From positions 83,576,001 through 83,640,000 of the forward strand of contig OX597814.1 in the NCBI GenBank assembly GCA_951406725.2: a stretch of 64,000 nt of DNA, in the 5' to 3' direction. Of the stretch, positions 11,766-26,050 are shown in pieces. Source of the stretch: Octopus vulgaris (taxonomy: Eukaryota). Position 1 is the first letter of the stretch. The number at the start of each line of letters is the position of its first letter. The position numbers and the translations under genes were made by a program. The notes under the pieces are model-generated. The model did not search any database. It was not told the origin of the DNA and saw only the letters and a program-made list of their open reading frames with translations.

Positions 11766-12866
11766 CACACATGCATGCATACACACATACACACACACAC
11801 ACACACACATGTAGCAGAAGTGAATTACACTGTTACTAGGTGTGAGATATTTTCGTTTTGACTCCTCTAGGCTTAAATACATGAATATCAGCTCCACAAG
11901 CCCTTTTCAGTCCAGCAGATCACATGGCATTGTAATTAAATGAACTTGTTATTTGTATTGGTTGGTTTCCAGCTGTCCAATCGTGTCGGCGCAACAGTTT
12001 ATTTTTCCTTACGTGAGAAATTAATCACCAGCTCAGGTTACAACAAAGATGTGAGAGAAACTTCATGGTTAGGCTGGAACTGTTTATCTGTAGACATTGT
12101 TGACGTACTGTTTGGTGTGTAGAGGCAGTCATGGGTCTGTTGGTTATGCAGTGCTCATACAGCAATGATGTAGATAGGCATCTGGTGGAGAAGATGAAGG
12201 CAGAGACTGACTGGTGTCAAGTTACATGTGGTCAGTGGCATGTGCCAAAGACCTAGAGCAGTCAAAAGCTACTGTTCTTGGATAACAATTCTTGGCTGAT
12301 TATCTCCTTTGGGCTTGACTTTTGGAAAAATATTTGTGCTCAATGATAAGAAATTTGTAATAATAGAGATACATAGTCAAAGAGACACATAAATGTTATC
12401 ATATCACAACAACATTTTGAGAATCAGTGTAGGGTAATGTATTCAGATGACAAAGAAATAGCTATCTATTTATCTATTCATCCATCTATCTATCTATTTT
12501 TCCATTTGTCTGTCTACATGCATATATATAATAATGTATGTATTCTGTTTGTGGCACTTCTCAAATTAACATTTACAAGATGCCATACCAGAAAGCTAAG
12601 CTGCTTCCATACAAACAGCTGTTGAAATTGCCCATTAAAATTGTTGAAATTGCCCAGCATGGAGGTCCTCTCTGAAGCTGATCTGCCAAGCATTTACACA
12701 CAACTGAGGAGAGTGCAAGAAGGTGGGCAGGCCACCTTGCTTGAATGCTTGACAAATAACTCCCTAAGTGACTGTTTTACAGTGAACTAGCAGAAGGCAA
12801 GTGCATGCCAGGTGGACTGAAAAAGCACTTTAAGGATACACTCAAAGCCTCACTGAAGAGCTTTCT
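10915..12866 (+). repeat. Diverged direct duplication (~10915-11480 and ~12350-12866), each copy with an RTE/LINE 3' fragment
   Basis: Shared unique sequence gtcaaagagacacataaatgttatcatatcacaacaacattttgagaatc and a WAGH..LPK.LF-type LINE fragment in both copies. Confidence 0.8.
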
Positions 12867-13029
12867 GAAGATATCCTGGGTATGTGTAATGTTTGTATAT
12901 TTGTGTATTGAGGGAGTTCATTATGGGAGCATGTGTCTTCAGTGTGTGGAGTTCATATAATATATATATATTTAATATTCACTTTCAGAAAAAAACCTAC
13001 CTTTGTAGGATTGGCCAAGTGGTTGGTGG

Positions 13030-14020
13030 TTCCTCTTTGAAATTTTGGAGTGTAAAATTTTGCTTATGCAGGGAGAGAAGATTTCATCTGTTGTTTAAGA
13101 CGTTATCTTTTGATTGGATGACATTTAGCTTTTCAGTAATGTAAAGCTCACATTTGGTACCCTGTCCCTATTGTGTTCTGACTTTAGTAGTAATGCTCCA
13201 TGTTATCTGGGGGTTGCTTACTCCTCCTTTCAATGTCCATATCATATTGGATAGGGATGTTGCATGTCTTTTATTTTTGTCCCTGAATGACACCAGATGC
13301 TGTGTGTATTTTTCCTTGAATGAGTCACCTGTCATTACGATGCATGTATTTTTTACTCCACTGGAGTCCATGATTTTAACCTTGTATACAAGTTCGTTTT
13401 CCATGCAGTTATTATTTAGAGAACAGCAGTTTAGTGTCTTTCATGGGTATTCCTGATGGAATTATTCTTATTGTGATTGAGTATTACTGACCCTATATTG
13501 GGGGAGGGGGGCAACTATAACCAACTTTAAGTGTGGAAAATGATTGTCTATTAATTTTAAGAATTTCCAAGCTATGTCAATGGCTACAGTCATGCTAAAA
13601 GGTGGGTTGAACTATAAGATTTTTCCCTGTCTGTGTCTTCTTTGTCTCTTCTACATTTGGTTCAATATAGTTTATACTATTCTTAAAGCAAGACCTTTCT
13701 AATGCAGCATTATAGTAAGGGCACCCTTCTCAAAAGTAACTTTATAGGCAGATAGATTAGAGATTCACCTGCTAATGTTATTAACTAATTGATTGATGGT
13801 GAGTGGTTGGAACCTATGTCTATGTATACAGCATCCGTATTTGGTTAGTGGTATGGTTTAAATTTCTCTAATTGTGGTTCTTAGACCTAAATGGCTAAAT
13901 ATTTTGCATAATTTTTTCTTATCTTTTTCATATCATGTCTATTTTTATTTATGCCACTCCCAGGCCTTCATCCTGATATAATCCTACGTTAGATTCCTTT
14001 ATTTCTTTCCCAAAGATATC
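13030..14020 (-). mobile_element. Degenerate Penelope-like fragment of a different family (GIY-YIG region)
   Basis: ORF 13168-13404 LVYKVKI...IVMTGDSFKEKYTQHLVSFR...ATSLSNMIWTLK...ITWSI resembles PLE GIY-YIG domains; surrounded by stops and frameshifts. Confidence 0.7.
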
Positions 14021-14831
14021 TAGGATATAGAGGCCTCAGCTGTCTCTACACCATCATAGCTCCCAATTGAAACATCAAATAACTCATCCCCATTCTTTTT
14101 TTACCAATGTGGTGTTGAGCACTCATTTTCATTGGTAAACAGTTACATATCAATACTTCCAGCATTCCCAAATACCAGCTAAGCACTAAACATGAACAAA
14201 GAATCAAAATGAACATAAGACACGCCATATGTCAAGACAGTGCAGTTATGAATCCATAAAAAATTGAGGGACCCAAGAATCATTACCATCCATTATTCTG
14301 GAGAGAAGAGATGTTTCCTGTTATCCTTTTTGGAACTTATATACACGTATATCTTCCATCAAAATCTCTACATGCTAAAATAGTAGTTTGTATTGTTTTT
14401 TCTGTTGTAGAAAACAGGTATTATTGCAGAAAACAAAATCCTTATGACTAAATAATGTTGGATTATTGTCTATTTCTGTCAGGGAGTTTTCCCTTTTTTA
14501 ACATTTGTCAAGAAATCATTAAAACAACCCACCTCCTTACAGTTCTTTTGTACAGTAGATAATATAATCATAATTCACATGAGCAATAAAAGCCGTATTA
14601 ACTTAAAATAGAAATCTGTGTATCACATTTTGATGCACCTAATAAATATCATGAAGAATGAAATAAGGTCTTGAACAGAGGTGACTGTATGGTATGAATC
14701 TTTCTTCCAAACCACATGGTTCCAGTTTCACTCCCACTGTATGGTACCTTGGACAAATGTCTTCTATTATAGCCCCAGGCTGACCAAAGCTTTGTGAGTG
14801 GATTTGGTAGATGGAAACTGAAGAATCCTGT

Positions 14832-14870
<39 letters not shown>

Positions 14871-15089
14871 TTATGTGTGTGTGTGTGCCTTTGTTATGTT
14901 TGTCCCCCACCACTTGACAACTGGTTTGTTTACATGTCTATAATTTAACTATTCAACAAAATGAGACCAATAGAATAAGTACCAGACTTAAAAACTAAAT
15001 AAGTACTTGGGTTGAGCAGTTTGACTATACCCTTAATGGCGGTACCTCAACATGGTCACAGTCCAATGATTGAAACAAATAAACAAAGC

Positions 15090-16430
15090 ACAATTGTGTT
15101 GAGAGAAAAGTTAGGTATAAGAGGGATTAAATATGGTATGCAGAAGAGGAGAATGCATTGGTTTGGACATGTAATGCATATGAGTGAAGACAGCTGTATA
15201 CAGAAGTGCCTGTCACTGAAAGTGGATGGTACCTGTGGAAGACAGACCCAGGAAGACATGAGATGAAGTGGTGAGGACCAATCTTAGGATGTCAGGGCTC
15301 ACAGAGGAAATAACAATGGACTGAGATGTTTGGCAATATGAGATTCTAGAGAAGACCCGTCCATGAAACTGAGTGCTAGAAAAGTTGTCCCACCCACATA
15401 TAACAACACACTTTTCACCCACTTTGCCTTAAGAAACCAAACTACAACTTCTCTTCTAAACTGCATCTTTCTCTTTCTCACATTGCCTCTTCATAAACTA
15501 TGATTGCTTTCCAATCCCCTTTCTTGCCCTCACTGCCCTGCTCAGTGCATTGCTGTTCCCCCCAACTCCAACACCCATACCCTATTTTTCTATCCAGGTT
15601 TCTATCTATGCTTAGATCCTTGTTATTTGTGACTATACCCTAGCACAACACCATTTCTCTTCTGCTCTCTCTTACACTTTTGCTGTTTCCTAATCTCTGT
15701 CTTTCTCTTGGTCACTCTTTCTCTCTCCTTCTCTTGTTTTTCCTCTGACTTGGTAAATAAGTATCTCCTTTACATGAGCACACTTGTTTCTGGTTTCTTT
15801 CTTGTATCTGTCTCTCACTCTCTATCTCTTTCTCTCTCACTAGGTAACCATGTACCTCCTCTGGAGCAAGACACCTATTTCTGTCTCTCTATTTCTCTGT
15901 TACACTCTAACCTTTCATCATCTGATACTGGATCACCTCTGCTAATGCTCCCTCTGTTTCTCTGTCTCTTTATCATATTCTAACCTTTCATCTTCTGACA
16001 CAAGTTGCCCTCCACAAATGCCCTGCTTCTCTCATAATTCTTTGTCTTGTGAGTTACTTCGTTACTCTGCCAGTGCTGGTGCCACATTAAAAGCATCCAG
16101 TCCACACTGTAACATGGCTGGCATTTGGAAGGGCATCAAGCTGTAAAAATCATGCTGAAACTAACCTTACCTGTGCTAGTGCCAAGTAAAAAGCACTGAG
16201 TCCACTCTGTGGAGTGATTGGTGTTAGGAAGGGAACCCAACCATAAAATCTCTGCCAGAACAGACACAGTAGCCTAGGGTAGTTTTCCTACCTGGCCAGT
16301 TCCTGTCAACTACACATGCATGGAAGATGGATGTTAAATGATGAAGAAGAAGAAGAAGAAGAAGAAGAAGAAGAAGAAGAAGAAGAAGAAGAAGAAGATG
16401 ATGATGATGACGATGACGACGACGACGACA
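15090..16430 (+). mobile_element. RTE-type LINE 3' fragment with trinucleotide tail
   Basis: LREKLGIRGI...RRMHWFGHVMHM...KC...V.GT.GR motif; ends gttaaatgatgaagaa.../(GAT)n. Confidence 0.7.
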
Positions 16431-17185
16431 AACAATTCCAATATATAGTTCTCACTTTTTCATGAAGATGCACTATTCACATGTCCTCTCCTCTGCAATT
16501 CTGTGACTTTGTGACTAATCACAAAGTCGCAGAAATCATAGAGCATCGAGATATGTTCAATATCTTTCAGCATTTAAGTTTGATCAAACTATGCCCCAGA
16601 TCCAAATTCACTGGGATCAATGTTACTTTACATTCTTAAAGAGTTATTAAAATAAGTACCAGTCATATTTCAAATTTTGGCCCAAAACCAGCAATTCCCA
16701 GAGTTAGGGGTAAGTCAATTACATCAACCCCATTGCTCAACTGGTACTTATTTTATTGACCTCAAAAGGACAAAAGGCAAAGTAAACCTCAGCAGAATTT
16801 GAACTTAGACAGACAAAATATTGCTAAGCATTTTGCCTGGTGTGCTAACGATTCTGCCAGCTCATTGCCATTTACCAGTCAAATATTGACCACCTATTTA
16901 ATAGACTGACCCCTTTTCCAAAATGCAAGGTCTAGCAGCTGTTAGGATTCATTATCATTATAGCTGTTATATGACATAGCAAAAACCAAATATCTATGTC
17001 ATTAAAAGTAAACTAAAAACGACAAAGAAACTCACTTTGCAACTACATGTTTCCAGGTTCAGTCCTACTGAGTGGCATCCTGAGCAAGTATTATTTTATT
17101 ACAGCCTCAAACCAAATTCTTTGTCAATGAATTTAGTACACAAAAACTATGTGGAATCCCTTTGCATATAGGTGTGTTAGTATGT

Positions 17186-17222
<37 letters not shown>

Positions 17223-17748
17223 TTGGGTTTGTTACCCAACCATTGCATGACAAAAGGTGTTGGGTTTTTTTTTTTACATTCCCATAACTTAGTGGTTTGG
17301 TTAAACACACTAATAGAATAAGTATTGACTTAAAAGAAAAATAAGTACTGGGATTCATTTGTTGAACTAAATCCTTCATGCTAGCGTCCCAGCAAGGCCA
17401 CAGTTCAATGACTGAAACAAGTAAAAGACATGAAGATCAAGAAGAATTTCCCAAACCACTTGGCTCTATTTCTACATAAATGTACTTTGGATAGTTTCAA
17501 ACACAGAATTATTACTTCTAATGTTTTCTTTGAGTGTTCTTCTAAGCTACAAATAAAGTTAATAACCTGGAAAACTAGCTATTAACTATTAATAGGTGCA
17601 GCTGTGGCTGTGTAGTAAGAAGTTTGTTTTCCAACCACATAATGCTAAGTGGCACCTTATGCAAGTGTCTCCTATTATAGCCCCAGGTCAACCAAAACCT
17701 TGTGAGTGGATTTGGTGGTTGGTAGACAAAAACTTAAAGAAGCCTATC

Positions 17749-17792
<44 letters not shown>

Positions 17793-18298
17793 TTTGTAAT
17801 AAAACAGAGTTTGTGTGTATGTGTGCATATGTTCCTTATAGGTTCGAAAACTAAGTAGCCAATTTTGACGTGAGGCATCAAAAGATTCAGTAATCTTTTG
17901 GCTACCAAATAAAGTTTTTTGCATAACAACTCTATTTTACTACAAAAATAACCCCAAAAACGAGGTTGGGTTGCACAATTTTGAGGTCTTTGGCTAAGGA
18001 AGGTAACTCTGCCTGAACAATTTTTATGTCTTAAATAGAGCATACATGGAGTTTTACCAGGGAATGAAATGTCAAAGATATACCATCAACTTTATTAGTA
18101 AGATTTGGTTGATAATCTCTTAATGTGAAGTATGTTTGTCTGTGTTTTGTTTAGATCAAAGTTGCCTCAGATGTAGCTGACCCATTGCATGCTTTTTTTT
18201 CTTCCTGAAATACTGTAAATCTGTCTTTCTTTTGATGAAAGGGTGCGTTTTAAGAGAGATTTGGCTGCTATTTCTAGTAGCTCAAGTTACTACAGAGA

Positions 18299-18383
<85 letters not shown>

Positions 18384-19141
18384 ATGCATGCATGCATGTG
18401 TGTTTTGTCGTGGTGAAAAAAGTACTTTTTCTCAGAATAATTTGCACAATTTTTTAAGAAATCTGGACATCTTTCTTACTGCTAACCATCGAACTTCAAA
18501 TTACAATTGTTAATTGTTGGAAGTCAAGCAGACTGAGATGTACATATAGCGTTATTGTATAGAGTGGAAGTTCAATACAAAATTTTGAATACGTTATCTT
18601 GTGACTAGTGATCCATCACCTTAAATTTGAAGCCATTAAGTCTTTAAATATCATTTTACTGGGTTTAGTCATTCAACTGTCGCCATGGCGGAGTATTACC
18701 TCCAAATATTTAATTGATCATACTGACTCAGTACGTATTTCAATCTGGCATTTATCTTATAGATCTCTGCTTCATGAACTTTGAGACATAGTAGGCCACA
18801 ATACTTTATTTCACAACAAATGTAAACACACACACACATATTAGGTACAAGAATGACTGTGTGGTTGAGAAGTTTGCTTCCAACCACTTGTTCAGTCCCT
18901 CTGCATGGTACCTTGGGCAAGTGCTTTCTACTATAGCCCTAGGTCAACCACAGACTTGTGACTGAATTTGGTAGATGAAAACTGCAGCATTGTTCATCAG
19001 AAAATGACCAAAAAACATGTTTATAAAGAAGAGTTGTTTGCTTCATACTCTTTGTGGGCCAATTCTATCCATAAGATAGGAACAAATAAAACAATGTGGT
19101 TGTAGGTCATAACTCCCAGGCACTGTCAAGGTGCACTGCAA

Positions 19142-19187
<46 letters not shown>

Positions 19188-19190
<3 letters not shown>

Positions 19191-19622
19191 AGGAAAAAAA
19201 TTTTTTTAAATGCAGAATGCTCAAATGAAAGAAAATTTTAATAAAATGAGAAAATGATAAAATATATAAATATATATTTATTCAACCGGTTTTCGTCATT
19301 GTATGACTTGTCAAGAATATTTATGTTTTAAGAAGTTTTTTTAAAAAAGGGGAAAAAAAGAAAATTGCATTGTTTTTTGTAAAAGAATAATGCAATTTTC
19401 TTTTTTTCCCCTTTCTAATTTTTAAAAAAACTTCTTAAAACATAAATATTCTTGACAAGTCATACAATGACGAAAACCGGTTGAATAAATATATATTTAT
19501 ATATTTTATCATTTTCTCATTTTATTAAAATTTTCTTTCATTTGAGCATTCTGCATTTTAAAAAATTTTTCCTTACTTATCATTTCTCCACGTGCGGTCA
19601 ACACAACCCCACCATTTATTGA

Positions 19623-19624
<2 letters not shown>
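19188..19624. mobile_element. Small palindromic element in (TA)n (arms 19188-19371 / 19389-19576, tail to 19624); probably a Penelope-like 3' end
   Basis: ~185 bp near-perfect inverted arms, unpaired right tail, (TA)n on both sides, hammerhead-like fold in the arm. Confidence 0.75.
19447..19487 (+). ncRNA. Minimal hammerhead-like fold with a U3-A8 core variant
   Basis: TATTC-TTGACAA-GTCAT(aca)ATGAC-GAAA-ACCGGT-T-GAATA: stems I and II pair, stem III is palindromic. Confidence 0.6.
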
Positions 19625-19659
<35 letters not shown>

Positions 19660-19661
<2 letters not shown>

Positions 19662-19874
19662 TCGCCATGATAGATCGTTACCCACTACACACATTTTTTT
19701 TCTCTCCTTTCTTTCTCTCCTTTTTTTCTCTCCTTGTTTTTTCTGTGTATCGTTCTGTAGAAGAGTGTAGGCTCGAAGCGTAAAAGACTTTTTCTATTCC
19801 TGAGCATTATACTAATACACCTATTTGTTTTGTACACCACCTTTCTTCGTCTTTTGCTTTTTTCGTAAACTTTC

Positions 19875-19878
<4 letters not shown>
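19660..19878 (+). repeat. Copy of the (TA)n-abutting repeat family
   Basis: Similar to 42247-42450 (reverse) and 62720-62885; between two (TA)n tracts. Confidence 0.8.
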
Positions 19879-19919
<41 letters not shown>

Positions 19920-20541
19920 TTTACTCAAATTTGTCTTAAATGAAAGATCTTAGGTAGGTCTATGAAATGTCATTAAATTTATATATTGACTTAGGATAGT
20001 GGTTAGATTGATAGTAACACTGACCTTGTCCGACAACTTCATGTAAGAAAGTCCACGTAATGTAGAATATTTATACAATGTGAAGACCTGTTTAGTTAAG
20101 TCAATAAACCACTGGCAACCGGTCACTCCAATGATATTGCTTCTCTAATAAAGAGAGAGAAATGACCAGTGGGCAAAAGAGAAAAATAAAGAAAAATGAA
20201 TGGGTTATTTCCCCTTGTCTATTAAGGGAAAATAGATAGGTTACATCTGGACCCGTTCCAGGAGCCCTAGTCATCCAATTATAGACATTTATTAAAATGA
20301 GCCTAGTAACAAACTGCATGTTGGTTTAACATGTATGCAAAGTTTCATGAAGATTCGTTAATGGGTGTAGACGGCAACTTGACACAAAGAAACAGACAAC
20401 CAAACAGACTGCTGTTTATATATGTATAGATATAGACACATATATACAGACACACACACACACACACAAACATACCCATATATATATACATACACATACA
20501 TACTTGTGTATATATATAAACACCCATATATTTACATACAA

Positions 20542-20592
<51 letters not shown>

Positions 20593-21030
20593 GTCACACA
20601 CACACAGGCTGACATACACATATATATACACATACAAGGGGGTGCTGAAAAGTTCCTGGTTTTAAGGGTATCACAAAAAGCAGGTTGGAAAGCCCAACAT
20701 TCCCAGAAATGTAACCACACGTGGACTGTTGGAGATTTTCCCTTATTTTTCCTTCTCTCTCTTTGGACTTTCCTGTTTCCAACAAACAGCAATGCTTGAA
20801 ACATCAACAACAACTCTTTCCCTTCACTGAGCATCTAATTAATATATTTCTTGTACACGTCCTCACGTTCATTTTTTTCTTTTTCTTCTTTTTTTTCTAT
20901 GTTTTTTTAATATTGTTTGTTTATTTGAAATAGTTTTATGCTAGCATGGAAAGCGGACGTTAAACGATGATGATGATATATATTATATATACATGCATAT
21001 GTATGTATATATAATATACATATATATATG

Positions 21031-21094
<64 letters not shown>

Positions 21095-21095
21095 C

Positions 21096-21135
<40 letters not shown>

Positions 21136-21886
21136 GTGCACATGCATATATATGTGTGTGTGTGTCTGTCTTTTTGTTTGTTTCCTTCCATCATTTGGTG
21201 CTGGGTTTTTTTATGTCCCTGTAACTTAGTAGTCTAGGAAAAGAATCCAACAGGAAAAGTACCAGGCTTGAAAAATAGGTAACTGGGGCTTGATTCATTC
21301 AGCTAAAACCCTTCAAGGCAGCACCCCCAAGCTTGGCTACAGTCCAATGACAGAAACAAGAAAAAGATATGTGGAGATCAAGAAGAAGAATTTTGAAAGA
21401 TGTTTCCAGATCACGTTGCTCTATTTCAACACATGTACTTTGGCATAGCTGTGTTGTAAGAAGCTTGCTTTCCAACCACATGGTTCTGGGTTCAGTCCCA
21501 CTGTATGGTATCTCAGACAAGTGTCCCCTGCAATAGCCTAGGGCCAACCAAAGCCTTGTGAGTGGATTTGGTAGATGGAAACTCAAAGAAACTCCACCAT
21601 TGATATATATATATATATATATATATCTTTTAGATTTGTTTACAAGAAACATAGGGATAAGCATCCCTCTGTTGTACATACATTAATGATATATCACCTA
21701 TATCACTTGAAGAAATGAATCCATGAAGATGATCTACCCAATGCCCATGGATACTACAGACTACACTGTAATCTTCTCGTGAATATGGACTGTGACCTTA
21801 AGAGACATGTGATTTGTGGAAATGCATGTAGCAATACATGAAATGTTTATAAATTATATCCAAGGATTATTGTTATTATTATTATT

Positions 21887-21961
<75 letters not shown>

Positions 21962-22457
21962 ATGTGTGTGTGCATGTGTGTGTGCATGTGTGTGTGCATG
22001 TGTTTGTCCCACACCACTACTTGACAACCATTGTTGGTGTGTTTACATCTCCAGAACTTAGTGGTTCAGCAAAAGAGACCTATATAATAAGTACCAGGCT
22101 TAAAAGAGAAAAACAAAGTACTGAGGTCAATTCATTTGACCAAAAATTCTCCAAGGTGGTGCTCCAGCATGACTGCAGTCTCATAACTGAAACAAGTAAA
22201 AGACAGAAGGTAAATGATGTATGTACTTTGGTTAGTTTTAAGTTCAGAATCCTTACTTAATGTTTGGGTTCAACACTCCACCATGCTACAAAAAAGGTTA
22301 GTAACCTAGAAAACAATTCTGGCAATATTCCAACTCAAAAGTATAGATTCGTAAGTATCTCTAGAGAACATAATCAATTACTATAACAGTAGTGCTATGG
22401 TAATTGACATAAAATTATCAATTACATCGACAAACATGTTTCAGACTTTCACTTGCT

Positions 22458-22463
22458 TTTATT
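22458..22463 (-). terminator. Candidate polyadenylation signal AATAAA for the TTLL9-like gene
   Basis: AATAAA on the minus strand ~260 nt after the stop codon; the hexamer is common in AT-rich DNA. Confidence 0.45.
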
Positions 22464-22722
22464 AAAACTCGAAACTCAAGCAGAAAAACGATTTCACTTT
22501 CATTTCATTTAATTTCAGTCCAATAGAAAATAACATACCGTTTCCTGAATTGCTTCTTTGCTGTAAAGAACACGATTATCATGTATTCAAATTAAAAAAT
22601 AAAAATCAATATCAAATGATTCTATTTGAATCTTCTGTCTTGCTTAGAAAATTTCAACTGGAGTCGAAATAGCTGACATAGAAACCAAAAGATTATGTGG
22701 AGTATTGCAAATGTTGCCAGTC

Positions 22723-22793
22723 TCAACTTATCTTCTTTGATGATGCCTGAGTGTAGATGTGCCGTAATTGAGTCTTGCGGTTATTTACACAAC
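22723..22793 (-). CDS. TTLL9: TTLL9-like last coding exon ([23 protein letters not shown])
   Basis: tttag acceptor, phase 1 fits; GCVN.RK.QLR motif; TGA at 22725-22723. Confidence 0.9.
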
Positions 22794-22987
22794 CTAAACA
22801 AATGACAGAAAAAATAAAAACACAAGGTCTCTTTATAAAAGCTAAAAAAATGTGTGTGTGTGCGTGTATATATATATATGAATCCATATTTTACACAACA
22901 AATTTATATATATATACACACAAATATATATATATATATAAACATATATATACACATATATTATATATATACACACACACACACACA

Positions 22988-23039
<52 letters not shown>

Positions 23040-25042
23040 CATATATATTTATATATGTACTTGCATACATATATACATGTATATACGTATATACAGAGAG
23101 AGCACAACAGACAGACAGACAGACAGGCAGATAGATATGTGAGTGCATTTGAGTGTATCCTTGTCTATATAACACACAGTGGAAATAAATGAGCATCATT
23201 GTCACACAAGCAATGTTGTTCATTTTCAGTCTTCCATGAAAAACATGTCTGGCCTTTGGTAAAAATTAGCTAGCCTAGAAACAGGTTAGGGGTTAGCAGC
23301 AGGAAGGACATCTGACCATAGAAAAATATGCCTCAAAAGATTTCGTCTGATCCATGCAAGGATGAAAAATAATGAACATAAGTAAAGATGATGATACACA
23401 CATGCACACACACACGCACACACACACACACACATACACTCATATGCATTTTTATCACTTTTAATTGGAAAATTACAAAATTGACTCAAGGACTGAGAGG
23501 TATCAAACCAACTTCAAATCAGGGGGCTGGTTTCCTTATATATAGTGAGTTACAATTCTTTCTGGAACATTCAATTAAGCAACAAAACTCGGGGTCATGT
23601 GAAAAATGTATATTTATGTCTCATTGACTTTATATTGCATGATAGTTGTAAATGGGTTTCACTGTCATACAGGTGGTGTCATTTATTCCAATCTTTCATA
23701 AGACCTCTGGCCATGGGGAAATACCACCATGCTAGGAAACAGATGAGGGTTGGCAACAGCAAGGATATTTGCTTGCTGTAATTCTGTCTCAATGAACTTC
23801 ATCCAACCTGTGCATGCGCATGTGCACACACACACACATACACACAACACATATATACACACAATGGACTTCTCTCAGTTTCCATCTACCGAATCTACTC
23901 ACAAAGCTTTGGTCAACCTGGAACTGTAGCAGAAGACAGTTGCATAGCATGCCACACTATGGGATTGAACCTGACACCATACTGTTGCAAAGCAAACTTC
24001 TTAAATTCACAGTCATGTCAGCAATTTAGTTTGATAACTGACCATGTATTGAGATTTTGCAGTTTCTCTCATAAACTTTCCTGAAAACAAAAACCTATTT
24101 TCAAAAAGCTCAGTCATTAGTTTACAGAAGTTGAAACTGCAGCTGTCCAATACAGTTGACTCAGTTGATAGATCAGATAAAAAGTATGCTGTCAGATATA
24201 TAAGCCCAGCCAAATTAGTGATAAAAGCAAAGATTTTACTCCTATGTTAAGATTTCTTGATCTGAATATAGTTTTCTTTTCTCTCAGAATTTCTCATTTA
24301 CAAGGCATGACTGTGTGGTGAAGAAGCTTGGCTTCCTAACCATGTATTCTTCTGTTCATTCCCACTGTGTGGCACCTTGGGCAATTGTCTTCTATAGCAC
24401 CAGAACAACCAAAACTTTGTGAGTGGATTTGACAGAGGGAAACTGAAAAGGCCCTTTGTATGCGTGTGTACCCTTTGTACATGTGTGTGCACGTGTGTGT
24501 GTATGTGAGTGTGTGTGCATGCACACACACACTCATCTGGACATAGCATGGTAATAGTAACTGAACATCATCACCATACAAGCAATGCTGCTCATTTCCA
24601 GTCTTCTGTGAGAAATATATCTACCTTCGGGAAAATATTACCTCGCTTGAAAACAAGTGAGGGTTGGCAACAGGAAGGGCATCTGACTGTAGAAAATTGA
24701 ATTTGACAAATTCTGTCTGACACATGCAAGCATGGAAAAGTTGACATTAAATGACAACAATGATGGCTGTGGCAACAGTGCTGATGCCAAGGACACCAAT
24801 ACCAATGCTGACACTGATGAAATCATTGTTCGCCATGATGGCATCATCTCCTAGTTTTTCATTTCTAATAAGACTAATTCAACTAGAAATGTTAGCATAG
24901 TCTGTAGGCTGAGTACTTTCTGTCAGACCAAATCAATAAAGAAAGAATTTCCCATCATGTATGGTTGATATTAACCTATAGATTCGATTCAAACCAATAG
25001 CAAATTTTTAGGACTTGTTCTGCTACTGTTTGACATACTAAC

Positions 25043-25164
25043 CTAAAAAGGAATTATGGGTTGAGTTGGCTCCATTAGATATTATATTAGCATCATCGGA
25101 ATGCACTGGTCCATCATGCCATAGTAAATCAAATCCACCAATTCTTTTTTCATTGCCTGTTAAT
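25043..25164 (-). CDS. TTLL9: TTLL9-like coding exon 12 (LTGNEKRIGGFDLLWHDGPVHSDDANIISNGANSTHNSFL)
   Basis: Long pyrimidine tract + catag acceptor, gttagt donor; LTG.EKRVGGFDL.W.DGPV motif typical of TTLL9. Confidence 0.93.
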
Positions 25165-25689
25165 CTATGAAAATAGAAAAAGGAAAATTATGTTTCATTC
25201 ATAAATCTTTGTAATGTTCTGTTTATTTAAACATATACAACAAAACCAAAAATTAGCCATTTAGCCTCAGTTTCACCCTGATCATGCAGACTTACATTAA
25301 CAACTTATTTCAAATATCGTAATACTGTAGACTTTGTAATTTAAAAAACAATGCTTTTTAAGTAACCAGCTTCAACTATTACTATAAATGCTGTAGTAAC
25401 TCTTTTTTCTAAGACTTGCTCCATAACTTAATTGATTTAGTACAAACTTGCTAAACTTGTTTTAGTTAAAATAACTGAAAAAGACTTTTACTTTAGAATA
25501 GTATGGCTACCATTAAGAATGGCACCAGCTAAAAAATAAAAGGTTCTTCCAGAATTGATGTATTTATCAATATTTCTAAACCATTCTAAACTGATATAAA
25601 GGCAGGCAAAGTAGATGAAAAGAAACTGAGAAAACATAAAAGCTCTTATAAATAAAATTAAAATTTAATTCAAAGACTGTAGAATAAGC

Positions 25690-26050
25690 TGTATGTATAT
25701 GGTGGCAGGTGAAGTCATACTGCATGCAGTGCATCTTTGTTTTGCAATGCTTCTCCCCCGTTCATCAATTTTTGTGATAGCTGAAACCAAGGAGTAGCGG
25801 GCATCCATGAAATTCTGCTTTCTGCTCACAAGGACACTGCCATGAGCAAAACTCAAGTTTACAAGTGGTTTCCATGCTTTAGGAATGATCACTTGTCACT
25901 TGAAGACCAACCTTGCTCAAGACAACCGTCGACCTCCCAAACAAATGAAAACATGAAAATTCATGAACTGAACTTGGAAAACCATCACCAAACTTGTTGA
26001 TATGACTGGTGCATCCTGGAGCTCCAACCAATGAATTTTGAATGAAGAAT
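25690..26050 (+). mobile_element. Mariner 5' remnant
   Basis: Degenerate HTH region (KFCF.L..., QVYKWF.A...SLEDQP.S.QPST). Confidence 0.6.
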
